Shown: piece after piece, positions 47,125 to 54,657 of the stretch
Numbering within the stretch: position 1 is the first letter of the stretch
How the letters are laid out: each line of letters starts with the position of its first letter
Virus record (IMG/VR): IMGVR_UViG_3300042507_004106
Source: a virus
Taxonomy: Duplodnaviria; Caudoviricetes
DNA: 64,000 nucleotides
Direction: 5' to 3' (one strand)
The notes under the pieces: model-generated
The model's input: the letters and a program-made list of their open reading frames with translations, nothing else
Told to the model about the DNA's origin: nothing
Database searches by the model: none
Program-made: the position numbers and the translations under genes

Positions 47125-47148
47125 TGTGCCACTTCTAGAATCGTCACA
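47125..47148. promoter_or_regulatory. 24-bp palindromic box (copy)
   Basis: TGTGCCACTT-CTAG-AATCGTCACA, 30 nt from TATGTT at 47089-47094. Confidence 0.8.
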
Positions 47149-47186
47149 TATAACGCTAGCATTATATTGTATTATAATATTATAAC

Positions 47187-47210
47187 TGGTCCAGTTATAA
47201 AAGTGTCACA
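47187..47210. promoter_or_regulatory. 24-bp palindromic box (orphan copy)
   Basis: TGGTCCAGTT-ATAA-AAGTGTCACA; no -10 found at the usual 28-30 nt distance. Confidence 0.5.
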
Positions 47211-47213
47211 ATA

Positions 47214-47363
47214 TCAGAATGGATCAAATTCCTTGGTGCTAGCATAGACTTCTTCGTCACCTTCAAGATCTAATAATTCTTTCCAGTCTATATGTTCTAC
47301 ATCTAGATCATCATAACACATGATGTCTAAATGTACACGTACTAGGCGTTTCTGTGCTATCAT
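47214..47363 (-). CDS. small acidic protein
   Basis: Hand-found 49 aa MIAQKRLVRVHLDIMCYDDLDVEHIDWKELLDLEGDEEVYASTKEFDPF. Confidence 0.7.
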   Translation of the reverse strand: MIAQKRLVRVHLDIMCYDDLDVEHIDWKELLDLEGDEEVYASTKEFDPF

Positions 47364-47394
47364 AGTACTAGATGCATATGTGTACTAGATTGTA

Positions 47395-47535
47395 TCATGC
47401 ATAATGACGATACGCGAGATCTTGATAATCATGCGCGTCTCGTGCATAGTCCTCGTCGAGCTCTTGTGTATAATACTCTTCGAGATCCGCATAATCGTTT
47501 GTGTATGTGTAGTCGAGATCGTAATCGTCGTACAT
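47395..47535 (-). CDS. Tyr/Asp-rich microprotein
   Basis: Hand-found 46 aa MYDDYDLDYTYTNDYADLEEYYTQELDEDYARDAHDYQDLAYRHYA; TGCTACAAT box upstream. Confidence 0.6.
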   Translation of the reverse strand: MYDDYDLDYTYTNDYADLEEYYTQELDEDYARDAHDYQDLAYRHYA

Positions 47536-47619
47536 AACTCGTCGAGCTTATTGAATACTAGTATATTGTAGCATAAAGCTCGACGAGATGCAAACTAGAT
47601 GTGAGTTCTCGTCGAGCTT
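47452..47619. repeat. four copies of CTCGTCGAGCT(T), two forming a 12-bp inverted repeat
   Basis: Copies at 47452, 47538 and 47608 (direct) and 47576-47587 (inverted). Confidence 0.85.
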
Positions 47620-47680
47620 CTAGTACATATATATGCAATCTAGTTGATTTCTAGTCTAGCTTTATGTTAGAATACAAATA

Positions 47681-48049
47681 ATGTTTAGACTAGATTTTAT
47701 AATGAGATCTCTACGAGAATTAAATCCACTTCTAGAAGGATATTGTGCGACTTATGATGGTAAGGTAATATCTAGAAAAAATAAAGTACTTAAGCAATTC
47801 AGAAGGAACAAACAGTCTAGGTGTCCCTATTTAAGTATCAGTGTGTGGGATAAGACCTCTGGTTTTGCAAGACAATTCTTTGTACATCGACTTGTAGCGT
47901 ATCAATATTGTGATTTAAATCTTGAAGATATAACAGGTCTTGTGGTTAATCATATCGATGGTAACCCTCATAATAACCATGCAAAAAACTTAGAGTGGGT
48001 TACGCAAAAAGAAAACGTACTTAAGTATCACAGTAACGTTATAACATAA
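47681..48049 (+). CDS. HNH homing-type endonuclease (NUMOD4/HNH_3-like)
   Basis: FFVHRLVAY..VVNHIDGNPHNNHAKNLEWVTQKENV; the only clear plus-strand gene in the window. Confidence 0.85.
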   Translation: MFRLDFIMRSLRELNPLLEGYCATYDGKVISRKNKVLKQFRRNKQSRCPYLSISVWDKTSGFARQFFVHRLVAYQYCDLNLEDITGLVVNHIDGNPHNNHAKNLEWVTQKENVLKYHSNVIT

Positions 48050-48107
48050 TTGCATGAGGTCTGTGTGAATTTTTGTGTCGGTCTGGGGATATTTGCGGGG
48101 GTGGGGC

Positions 48108-48136
48108 TTGACGAACTGCGAGTCTTATGCTACGCT
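48108..48136 (+). promoter_or_regulatory. plus-strand sigma70-type promoter TTGACG-17-TACGCT (extended -10)
   Basis: -35 at 48108-48113, 17-nt spacer ending in TGC, -10 at 48131-48136; no ORF downstream. Confidence 0.6.
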
Positions 48137-48149
48137 CGCTTAGCTCACA

Positions 48150-48259
48150 AGACCTGGAGGGGTTTATAAGGTACTGGAGGCATTTATAAGCATTTAGAGC
48201 ACTTAGACCTGGAGGGGTTTATAAGGTACTGGAGGCATTTATAAGCATTTAGAGCACTT
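48150..48259. repeat. perfect 55-bp tandem duplication with internal CTGGAGGnnTTTATAAG subrepeats
   Basis: AGACCTGGAGGGGTTTATAAGGTACTGGAGGCATTTATAAGCATTTAGAGCACTT x2 (48150-48204, 48205-48259). Confidence 0.9.
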
Positions 48260-48325
48260 AATTCAAATAATACAAGGATATAACACTAACATTATACAAC
48301 CAAACAAATCACACAAATATATTTT

Positions 48326-48538
48326 TTAATACATTTTTAATTGATTTTGTTGTTGAACAGTATCACAATCATTCCAATGTCTAACTACTCCAGCAATGAT
48401 AAAACAGTTGGTAATCAGATAGGTTGCGAAGATAATAGTACGAATGATTGCGATTCTATCAGACTCTTTATCACACTTGGATGCTTTCTCACCTAATGAC
48501 TTTGCCCACCATCTCCACAGTGTTTTTTTCTTTTTCAT
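48326..48538 (-). CDS. small membrane protein
   Basis: 70 aa; WRWWAKSLGEKA..D, then hydrophobic IRTIIFATYLITNCFIIAGVVRHW. Confidence 0.7.
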   Translation of the reverse strand: MKKKKTLWRWWAKSLGEKASKCDKESDRIAIIRTIIFATYLITNCFIIAGVVRHWNDCDTVQQQNQLKMY

Positions 48539-48783
48539 ACCTTACACATAACCTCTGAATACTTATCCTTTCTATATCCTATAACCTTTAATTCATCCCA
48601 TTGATAAGGATAACATAAGACAAGCACTCGGTTATTCTTATGAAGTGAACACGCTTGAAGATTAAGTTCATCTTTGGGAATAACTCTTGTCTCAATGGTA
48701 ATATAAGATTGATCTACAAAGTAAACCCATCCTTCTACTCCTTTAGTCCATTGAACATAATCATTCAAACGTGGTTTATACAT
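48535..48783 (-). CDS. hypothetical protein
   Basis: 82-aa ORF overlapping both neighbours. Confidence 0.7.
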   Translation of the reverse strand: MYKPRLNDYVQWTKGVEGWVYFVDQSYITIETRVIPKDELNLQACSLHKNNRVLVLCYPYQWDELKVIGYRKDKYSEVMCKV

Positions 48784-49066
48784 AAGCAGCTTCTAATGGT
48801 GTGAGTTTAAGTTGCATTGCAGAGTATGGAGTTGTATCTTCAATCTTTACGCACTTACCAACGGTCTTACTATTAACTGGGGCGAAGTATTCTTTTGTCT
48901 TTGAATTATAGAATCCCCAAATACACCGAACAGAAGCACCAAGGTTATAATCAAACTTACGAGTGTTGTGAATCCAGATTGCGGTAACATTACGCTTGAA
49001 TGGAACTTGTTCATAATAATAACCTTTGGGTGCTTGATGTGGAAATTCAGGAATCACGGACTGCAC
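48776..49066 (-). CDS. hypothetical protein
   Basis: 96 aa; FPHQAPKGYYYE, IWGFYNSKTK. Confidence 0.7.
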   Translation of the reverse strand: MQSVIPEFPHQAPKGYYYEQVPFKRNVTAIWIHNTRKFDYNLGASVRCIWGFYNSKTKEYFAPVNSKTVGKCVKIEDTTPYSAMQLKLTPLEAAYV

Positions 49067-49208
49067 GGAGATACTTTGGATTGTAACCTAAAGACAGATA
49101 ATTGTTTAACATTAGATCACACTGTTCTTTCGTCAGATTCTTTGCATCCTCTTCAATCAATGCCCAACCGTGAGAGAACAGTTCTTCAATACGATACAGT
49201 TGTGTCAT
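49047..49208 (-). CDS. small hypothetical protein
   Basis: Hand-found 53 aa MTQLYRIEELFSHGWALIEEDAKNLTKEQCD..GYNPKYLRAVRDS. Confidence 0.65.
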   Translation of the reverse strand: MTQLYRIEELFSHGWALIEEDAKNLTKEQCDLMLNNYLSLGYNPKYLRAVRDS

Positions 49209-49435
49209 GTGGTAAATGCCTCCAGAAGTCCAGACTCATATTCATCAACCAAAGCGAACTTTTGAGCGTTCACGACTCTTTCCATAATGCGATCAGTGTA
49301 ACGATCATCAAACATTTGCTCTCGTGAAAGAATCTCAAATGCTTCAGTATCAGACTCGGCAATCAGATTGATCAGACCTCCATATTCGGAAGAAGGGAAC
49401 GGCACCCAGTAGTCAACAATATACAGTGATTTCAT
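49205..49435 (-). CDS. small hypothetical protein
   Basis: 76 aa; YIVDYWVPFPSSEYGG. Confidence 0.7.
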   Translation of the reverse strand: MKSLYIVDYWVPFPSSEYGGLINLIAESDTEAFEILSREQMFDDRYTDRIMERVVNAQKFALVDEYESGLLEAFTT

Positions 49436-49436
49436 T

Positions 49437-49628
49437 TCAGTTTGTTTTGGACTCCTTTATTTTAGTATAGGGATTAGTGTTTGTCAAGCAGGTGAGTTGT
49501 CTTTCAATTTCAAACTTAATAGGCAGTAGATGAGAAGCAAAGAAACCAGCATACTCTCCCTCTTGTAAAAGATTGTAGATATTTTCAGTTTGTTGCAGTG
49601 CAAAGATTAACCGAGTACGTTTATTCAT
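49437..49628 (-). CDS. small hypothetical protein
   Basis: 63-aa ORF in tight tandem with neighbours. Confidence 0.65.
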   Translation of the reverse strand: MNKRTRLIFALQQTENIYNLLQEGEYAGFFASHLLPIKFEIERQLTCLTNTNPYTKIKESKTN

Positions 49629-49810
49629 TAAACAAACTCCTGAAGATAATACGTTAAAGATACATTCAATTCTTTTGCTTTCTGCTCATAAAAAGAATGT
49701 GTATACGACCGTGCTTCTTGCCATTTCAAATAAGAATCAATCTCAGTTTCAGAATGTTTCATAAAGTCTTCATAAGCATTCAGAAATTGTGCGATGTCTT
49801 CTTCACTCAT
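49628..49810 (-). CDS. small acidic protein (LxxYYxQEFV family)
   Basis: 60 aa ending KAKELNVSLTYYLQEFV. Confidence 0.65.
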   Translation of the reverse strand: MSEEDIAQFLNAYEDFMKHSETEIDSYLKWQEARSYTHSFYEQKAKELNVSLTYYLQEFV

Positions 49811-49934
49811 TGTTGTTTTTGAATGGATTGGTCGTAAGACTTGATCAGTTGCTCATCCCGTTGAATGAGAAAACCATTATACAACAGAATAAGCACAAAG
49901 CAACAGATTCCTGTGATTACAAACTTATCTTTCA

Positions 49935-50162
49935 TCAGCAGCACACCATCATTTTAATACGGGGAGTAGTGTGAAACTTCATTACTTGATAACCATAACC
50001 ATGAATGCGAGCATTTGCTTCATCCACCATATCACGTTTGGAAATCAGACGCTCGCTCATTTCCTTATTCTGAAAGGACGTGACTTGTACAAACTTTCCA
50101 GTCAGTCCCGCAGCAGGATAGAAATCAACCATCATGTTGCCGTCTTTTGAAATCAGTTGCAT
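49935..50162 (-). CDS. small hypothetical protein
   Basis: 75 aa; own TATAAT box at 50187-50192. Confidence 0.7.
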   Translation of the reverse strand: MQLISKDGNMMVDFYPAAGLTGKFVQVTSFQNKEMSERLISKRDMVDEANARIHGYGYQVMKFHTTPRIKMMVCC

Positions 50163-50194
50163 GGGGTGTCTCCCGATTACCTCTGTATTATAGA

Positions 50195-50398
50195 TCAGAA
50201 GGACGGCACCACGTCGTAGCGTAGACCAGTTTGCGAAGTGTCCATCTGCTCCCAGATCGTGTAAAGTTTATTATACAGTGCAGGAACACTTCCAAATTCC
50301 CGTGCGATTCGGTTCTCTTCACGCAGGTTAAGTTCCTGCAGTGCAGATAGAATTACACCAATTTCATGAACATTCAATTGTACAGTCATTTCAGTCAT
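50195..50398 (-). CDS. small hypothetical protein
   Basis: 67 aa; last codons carry a palindrome copy. Confidence 0.65.
   Translation of the reverse strand: MTEMTVQLNVHEIGVILSALQELNLREENRIAREFGSVPALYNKLYTIWEQMDTSQTGLRYDVVPSF
50222..50245. promoter_or_regulatory. 24-bp palindromic box (copy, inside a CDS tail)
   Basis: TAGACCAGTT-TGCG-AAGTGTCCAT, 29 nt from TATAAT at 50187-50192. Confidence 0.65.
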
Positions 50399-50402
50399 TT
50401 AA

Positions 50403-50768
50403 TCAGTCCCAAGATACATTTTCAAGAATAAAACCAGGCATCACATAAGTCCACCCAGATCCACCAGGTTTATAATCCCACTTATATTCAAATTGATTGT
50501 GACTATCCCAAGTCATATATCCTTTCTCTTTATCAAAACGACCTTTGATCGTCAGACTATGCTTATTAGAGAAAATGTTACGAGTGCGAAGTGCTCCGTT
50601 CGGTTCACGGGTTTCAATCACTACACAGACATCAGGATAGGTTTGAATTCCGTATTCCAAAATACAATTCGTTTCATACCGAAACGGACGGTATACTTTA
50701 GATTCAGTTTGCGCGAACGTAGGAGTCGCAAACAGAAGTGCAGCAGCAAGAAGAAGTTTTTTCATCAA
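50403..50768 (-). CDS. secreted/periplasmic hypothetical protein
   Basis: 121 aa with signal peptide MMKKLLLAAALLFATPTFA. Confidence 0.7.
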   Translation of the reverse strand: MMKKLLLAAALLFATPTFAQTESKVYRPFRYETNCILEYGIQTYPDVCVVIETREPNGALRTRNIFSNKHSLTIKGRFDKEKGYMTWDSHNQFEYKWDYKPGGSGWTYVMPGFILENVSWD

Positions 50769-50992
50769 TAGTGTGCCTCGGAATAATCAAGTTGAGTAGA
50801 GTATTCAGCAATCTTATTATAGCATTTCACTCGCATTTCGTCATCAGCACCTTTCATAAAGGAAAAGCAATACTTCATACGCTGTTCAGGATGTGCATTG
50901 ATTCGTGCGATCTCTGCTTGTTGCTTTTCACGATAAGAGTTGTAGGCAAACATCTCACGATCAGCGAAGGGCATGGTGCGAGAGGGGTGCAT
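50765..50992 (-). CDS. small hypothetical protein
   Basis: 75 aa; TATGAT box at 51018-51023. Confidence 0.65.
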   Translation of the reverse strand: MHPSRTMPFADREMFAYNSYREKQQAEIARINAHPEQRMKYCFSFMKGADDEMRVKCYNKIAEYSTQLDYSEAHY

Positions 50993-51018
50993 CTGGTGTT
51001 CTCTTGATTACCTTGTAA

Positions 51019-51498
51019 TCATACTGCCTGCAGCAGGCGATTGGGAAAGAACTGTGCCACTTGTGAATCTGTCCACCCGTTCTTCTCAAACAGATACTCA
51101 AGATATAAGGTTTCTTCCTGTTCCCGTGCTTCTATTTCATGTGGTTGATACCAATAGTCAATATCTTCCACACATTCTTTACCATAACACATTTTTCCGC
51201 GACGCATTCGCAGCGAACCGACCACCCACTGTCGCAGATGGACCAGTTCATGCAAAAGAGTTTTTATATACAACTCCTCCTCCATATGAGTCTGGAGTTC
51301 AATTATAAAGTGACGTGGGCGATAAAACTCACCAGCAACATCACAATACCCATAAACTCCTTCACGCTTTAGACCTCTATGAATAATATCCACATCGATC
51401 TGATGGCGTGGAAAGAATTTATTCAGAAACCAAGTGGTAACGTCCTCACAGAGGAGTTTAGAATAACCATATCCAGAAGTGTAAATGCTACTTTGCAT
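51019..51498 (-). CDS. zincin-like HExxH metallopeptidase-family protein
   Basis: TLLHELVHLRQW and YWYQPHEIEA; likely start MQSSIY. Confidence 0.7.
   Translation of the reverse strand: MQSSIYTSGYGYSKLLCEDVTTWFLNKFFPRHQIDVDIIHRGLKREGVYGYCDVAGEFYRPRHFIIELQTHMEEELYIKTLLHELVHLRQWVVGSLRMRRGKMCYGKECVEDIDYWYQPHEIEAREQEETLYLEYLFEKNGWTDSQVAQFFPNRLLQAV
51053..51076. promoter_or_regulatory. 24-bp palindromic box (copy, inside a CDS tail)
   Basis: TGTGCCACTT-GTGA-ATCTGTCCAC, 29 nt from TATGAT. Confidence 0.75.
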
Positions 51499-51553
51499 GA
51501 CCAATGAGAAAACCAAACAAAAGATGAAACAAAGAGAAGTTTCTCTCTACCAG

Positions 51554-51790
51554 TCATCGTGCGATCACATCAAGAGTTTCCATCATCATCAGCGAAAGTT
51601 CCATACGATTGTCTTCGTCAACTACAGGAATGTTTGTCTCAACAAACTCACTCACAAGTTCTTGAAGCAACTCAGTCATACGTTGGTCAGCATACACATA
51701 AGTAGCAAGTTCTCTCTTGAAACCATCACGCAGCAGTCGCAGAGACTTGGTAACAGTCAGTTCTTTGATTTCTTGAGCAGCGTCAAACAT
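51554..51790 (-). CDS. small hypothetical protein
   Basis: 78 aa from MFDAAQEIKELTVTKSLRLLRDGF. Confidence 0.65.
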   Translation of the reverse strand: MFDAAQEIKELTVTKSLRLLRDGFKRELATYVYADQRMTELLQELVSEFVETNIPVVDEDNRMELSLMMMETLDVIAR

Positions 51791-51816
51791 TGGAGGAAAA
51801 TAATAAAGTTGAACAA

Positions 51817-52167
51817 TCAGCGAGCGTAGAGATAACCACCTGCCCAATCTGCCTTTGCATACAACCATTCACGCTGTTCAATCAGACGCAGATCGTAGCG
51901 AACACCTTTAGCAGGAGATTTCCAAGAAGCAGACTTGTACAATTCACCAGTCTTACGGTCAACAAAAGCGTGAACAGAGCGACCACCAGCAGAATCAATC
52001 ATAATGACTTTGTGATACTTGCGACCCGACTCGATAATGTAGTCATAACCTTTAGGAGCGGCGTCCCTGAGAGCGTCACAGAGCATCAGAGTCCACTTGG
52101 TAACATTCAACTGGATGGTGTTCCTAGCGTCTTGCTGGGCAGCGTAGTCAGCGAAGGTTGCAGTCAT
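51817..52167 (-). CDS. conserved T4-like hypothetical protein
   Basis: 116 aa from MTATFADY; GRKYHKV, SVHAFVD.KTGELYKSASWKSPAKGVRY. Confidence 0.75.
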   Translation of the reverse strand: MTATFADYAAQQDARNTIQLNVTKWTLMLCDALRDAAPKGYDYIIESGRKYHKVIMIDSAGGRSVHAFVDRKTGELYKSASWKSPAKGVRYDLRLIEQREWLYAKADWAGGYLYAR

Positions 52168-52220
52168 CGGTTGGTTGCGTATGTGCTTATTATAGCGGCA
52201 CCTAGGCACCGCTCAGAGCG

Positions 52221-52346
52221 TCACTGTGCCAGTTCTGTATCTGGCACCCAGTAGTCATCATCATACAGGTATCCCATCCAATCTACAGGGTCAGAACCAT
52301 AGATCTCAATCTCACGCAGTTCTTCAATCAGTTCAGACAGATCCAT
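52221..52346 (-). CDS. small acidic protein
   Basis: Hand-found 41 aa MDLSELIEELREIEIYGSEPVDWMGYLYDDDYWVPDTELAQ. Confidence 0.65.
   Translation of the reverse strand: MDLSELIEELREIEIYGSDPVDWMGYLYDDDYWVPDTELAQ
52225..52248. promoter_or_regulatory. 24-bp palindromic box (copy, inside a CDS tail)
   Basis: TGTGCCAGTT-CTGT-ATCTGGCACC, 30 nt from TATAAT at 52189-52194. Confidence 0.8.
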
Positions 52347-52403
52347 CAGAAACCCTCAGATACTTTGGTATTATAGCAGAAAACCCGCCTTGTGGGCGGG
52401 TCT

Positions 52404-52427
52404 TGTGACGGTTCAGAAAGCGTCAGA
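52404..52427. promoter_or_regulatory. 24-bp palindromic box (copy)
   Basis: TGTGACGGTT-CAGA-AAGCGTCAGA, 28 nt from TATAAT at 52370-52375; overlaps the stop of the ParB-like gene. Confidence 0.75.
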
Positions 52428-53427
52428 GAGAAACGACGCCACCATCAGGATCGATATTAACTAACTGAGAGGGACGTACACCAAACTCAAAAGGCATCCA
52501 ATTTTTATCTGCTTTAATGAGAACTGCCATTTCTTGAATTGCCTCGGCAAGTTCAAGAAACTCTCTCTTTTGTTCTTCAATCATTTTTTCAACGTCTTTT
52601 GCCTTAGTGCCATTTGGTGCAAAAAGATTCACGCGAGTGCGCCTTCCAGTTTCTTTAAAGTCTTTAAGAATATGGCAGAAGTTACGAGGTCCATGAGTGG
52701 CATTTGCAGTAGCAGCAAAGGTACGACCGTGAAGACCATCTTCGTCCAGTTTGCCTTTTGAAGCATATCCTTTCTGTTGAAGATATTCTGCTGCCTTTGC
52801 TTCCGAAAAAGTGGCAACAGAAGTGTCTGGATATGCCTTATCAAAGATACGATCAGTAATCGTATTTACTTGGTCATTGGTAAAGGTGTGTTCGATGTTA
52901 TTAATCCAACCTTTAATATCGACCTTGGAAACTGTCCGATTTGGATGACGTTTCACCCAAAGAATTCCTTTGGTAATAAAGTCATCGCGGGTTGCTTTCT
53001 TAGCTTGTGCATGGTTATTTGCTCCAAGACCAATCTCATCTTCAAGATCTTCTAAACAATATCCTTCTTCCAATTCATAAACATCAAAAACCCAAGATTC
53101 TTGTTTACGAATTTTGAGAGCAGAAACGCGAGTGAATCCATCAATCAACTTATAGACTGCACCAACTTTTACAACAATAGGAGGAAGTTGATCGTAACGA
53201 ATACCTTTAGCAAACTCACCGACCAGAGCATCAGTGTGTACAGTATCTGTACCTTCTGAACGTGCAGTATTCTTTTCAGTACCTCCACCAACATCAATTC
53301 TATCAATTTCAGAAATGATTGTGTTTACATATTTTCCAGACTTAAATTTTCGACGTGCTTCACGATTAGGAAGCATATCGATATTGGGAACTTCGCAACG
53401 AGCGATAGGAGTGTGATTTTGAGACAT
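52423..53427 (-). CDS. ParB/Srx-N-like domain protein
   Basis: 334 aa; LPPIVVK...YKLIDGFTRVSALK matches the ParB-N P.I.V...Y.L.DG.HR pattern. Confidence 0.6.
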   Translation of the reverse strand: MSQNHTPIARCEVPNIDMLPNREARRKFKSGKYVNTIISEIDRIDVGGGTEKNTARSEGTDTVHTDALVGEFAKGIRYDQLPPIVVKVGAVYKLIDGFTRVSALKIRKQESWVFDVYELEEGYCLEDLEDEIGLGANNHAQAKKATRDDFITKGILWVKRHPNRTVSKVDIKGWINNIEHTFTNDQVNTITDRIFDKAYPDTSVATFSEAKAAEYLQQKGYASKGKLDEDGLHGRTFAATANATHGPRNFCHILKDFKETGRRTRVNLFAPNGTKAKDVEKMIEEQKREFLELAEAIQEMAVLIKADKNWMPFEFGVRPSQLVNIDPDGGVVSL

Positions 53428-53484
53428 AGTAAAAGTGCAATTTGACTTAATTCAATAGGGCATCTGCCCTTCTGAACTGAATAC

Positions 53485-53513
53485 ACTATAACCGATTGCT
53501 GGTCCCCCGTCAA
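53485..53513 (-). promoter_or_regulatory. sigma70-type promoter TTGACG-17-TATAGT
   Basis: -35 at 53513-53508, -10 at 53490-53485, upstream of the ParB-like gene. Confidence 0.7.
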
Positions 53514-53518
53514 GGGTC

Positions 53519-54232
53519 TTATTCGATTGTCACAGAATCTTCATACAACTGGAAAACGTCTCTCTTCTCACCGATTCCACGTACCGCCTTCTTCACACGC
53601 TCTTGCGTAATGTCAAAATACTGCTTGTCCATTTCAACACCAATAAACTTTCTACTGGTTTTCTTCGCAGCAATACCTACAGCACCACTACCCATACAAG
53701 GATCAAAAACAGTATCACCTCTCTGAGAACTTGCTTGAATTAATCTTTCCATTAATTCAATAGGTTTAGGTGTTGGGTGCCCTTTGTATTTTTCTGTAGC
53801 ACATTTCCAAACTGCAGACTTGCACCTTTCATTAGGATTAAAATATGCTCCTTGCTTTCTAGCAAAAACACAATTCTCTATGCTTGAAATCCACATATAC
53901 TGCCCATTCATGGGAGAAGGATTAGTTTTCTCCCATATACAGTGTCTCACAGATAGACCATGATCTATCAATCTGTTGCGAATATGTGAGACTTGAACTG
54001 ATCCACAAAAGATATAGATGCTTCCAGAAGTCACGCGCACGACTTCATCAATGAAATCATCTAATGGAAATGTAATAATATCTGCATGACTTTTATCCAG
54101 ATTTCTTAATCCACTACTCTTACGATTCACTTCATCGTATGGTATATCTGTAAGAGTAAGCGAAATGCTCCCATCAGCAAGTGAAGGGAGCACATTCATA
54201 CAATCATCGTTATATAATTTTACATCGGTCAT
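53519..54232 (-). CDS. beta-class N4-C/N6-A DNA methyltransferase
   Basis: 237 aa; motif IV LTDIPY, HPTPKPIEL, motif I FDPCMGSG. Confidence 0.88.
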   Translation of the reverse strand: MTDVKLYNDDCMNVLPSLADGSISLTLTDIPYDEVNRKSSGLRNLDKSHADIITFPLDDFIDEVVRVTSGSIYIFCGSVQVSHIRNRLIDHGLSVRHCIWEKTNPSPMNGQYMWISSIENCVFARKQGAYFNPNERCKSAVWKCATEKYKGHPTPKPIELMERLIQASSQRGDTVFDPCMGSGAVGIAAKKTSRKFIGVEMDKQYFDITQERVKKAVRGIGEKRDVFQLYEDSVTIE

Positions 54233-54247
54233 AGATTTTTTACTTAT

Positions 54248-54634
54248 TTACACAGCAAGGGCACCAGAAGGAATTTCAACGATTTCGGGCAGTTTGGTAT
54301 CATCAAACTGATGCATATTATAGCACACCCACTCACCATTACGGAAGACATAAGCATATTCTTCACTATTATCAGGAAGAAGATACTCACAGAGGTCAGC
54401 ATCAAGGCGAGGAGGGCAATTCTCACCACGGGCAGAATAATACTCAGGTTGCTTATCTTCACCCCAGCAGACAGACATATCGCCACCATCAATCAGTTCG
54501 GAGGCAAGTTCTTTGCTGTTGTAGTGCGTCTTCAGAATGCGACCCAACCAGGACTCATAACCATCCCAGTGGTGATAGGCAGAGAGAATAGAACCATCAC
54601 GAAGTTCAATACCGATGCGAGCGCGGGTAGCCAT
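54248..54634 (-). CDS. conserved cyanophage hypothetical protein
   Basis: 128 aa; MATRARIGI..SAYHHWDGYESWLG..EEYAYVF. Confidence 0.75.
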   Translation of the reverse strand: MATRARIGIELRDGSILSAYHHWDGYESWLGRILKTHYNSKELASELIDGGDMSVCWGEDKQPEYYSARGENCPPRLDADLCEYLLPDNSEEYAYVFRNGEWVCYNMHQFDDTKLPEIVEIPSGALAV

Positions 54635-54657
54635 CAGTGGTTTTCTTGAGTACCTTG

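Noticed and set aside
48150-48259. Tandem repeat as a CRISPR array
   Set aside because: Two adjacent identical units with no unique spacers and no cas genes.
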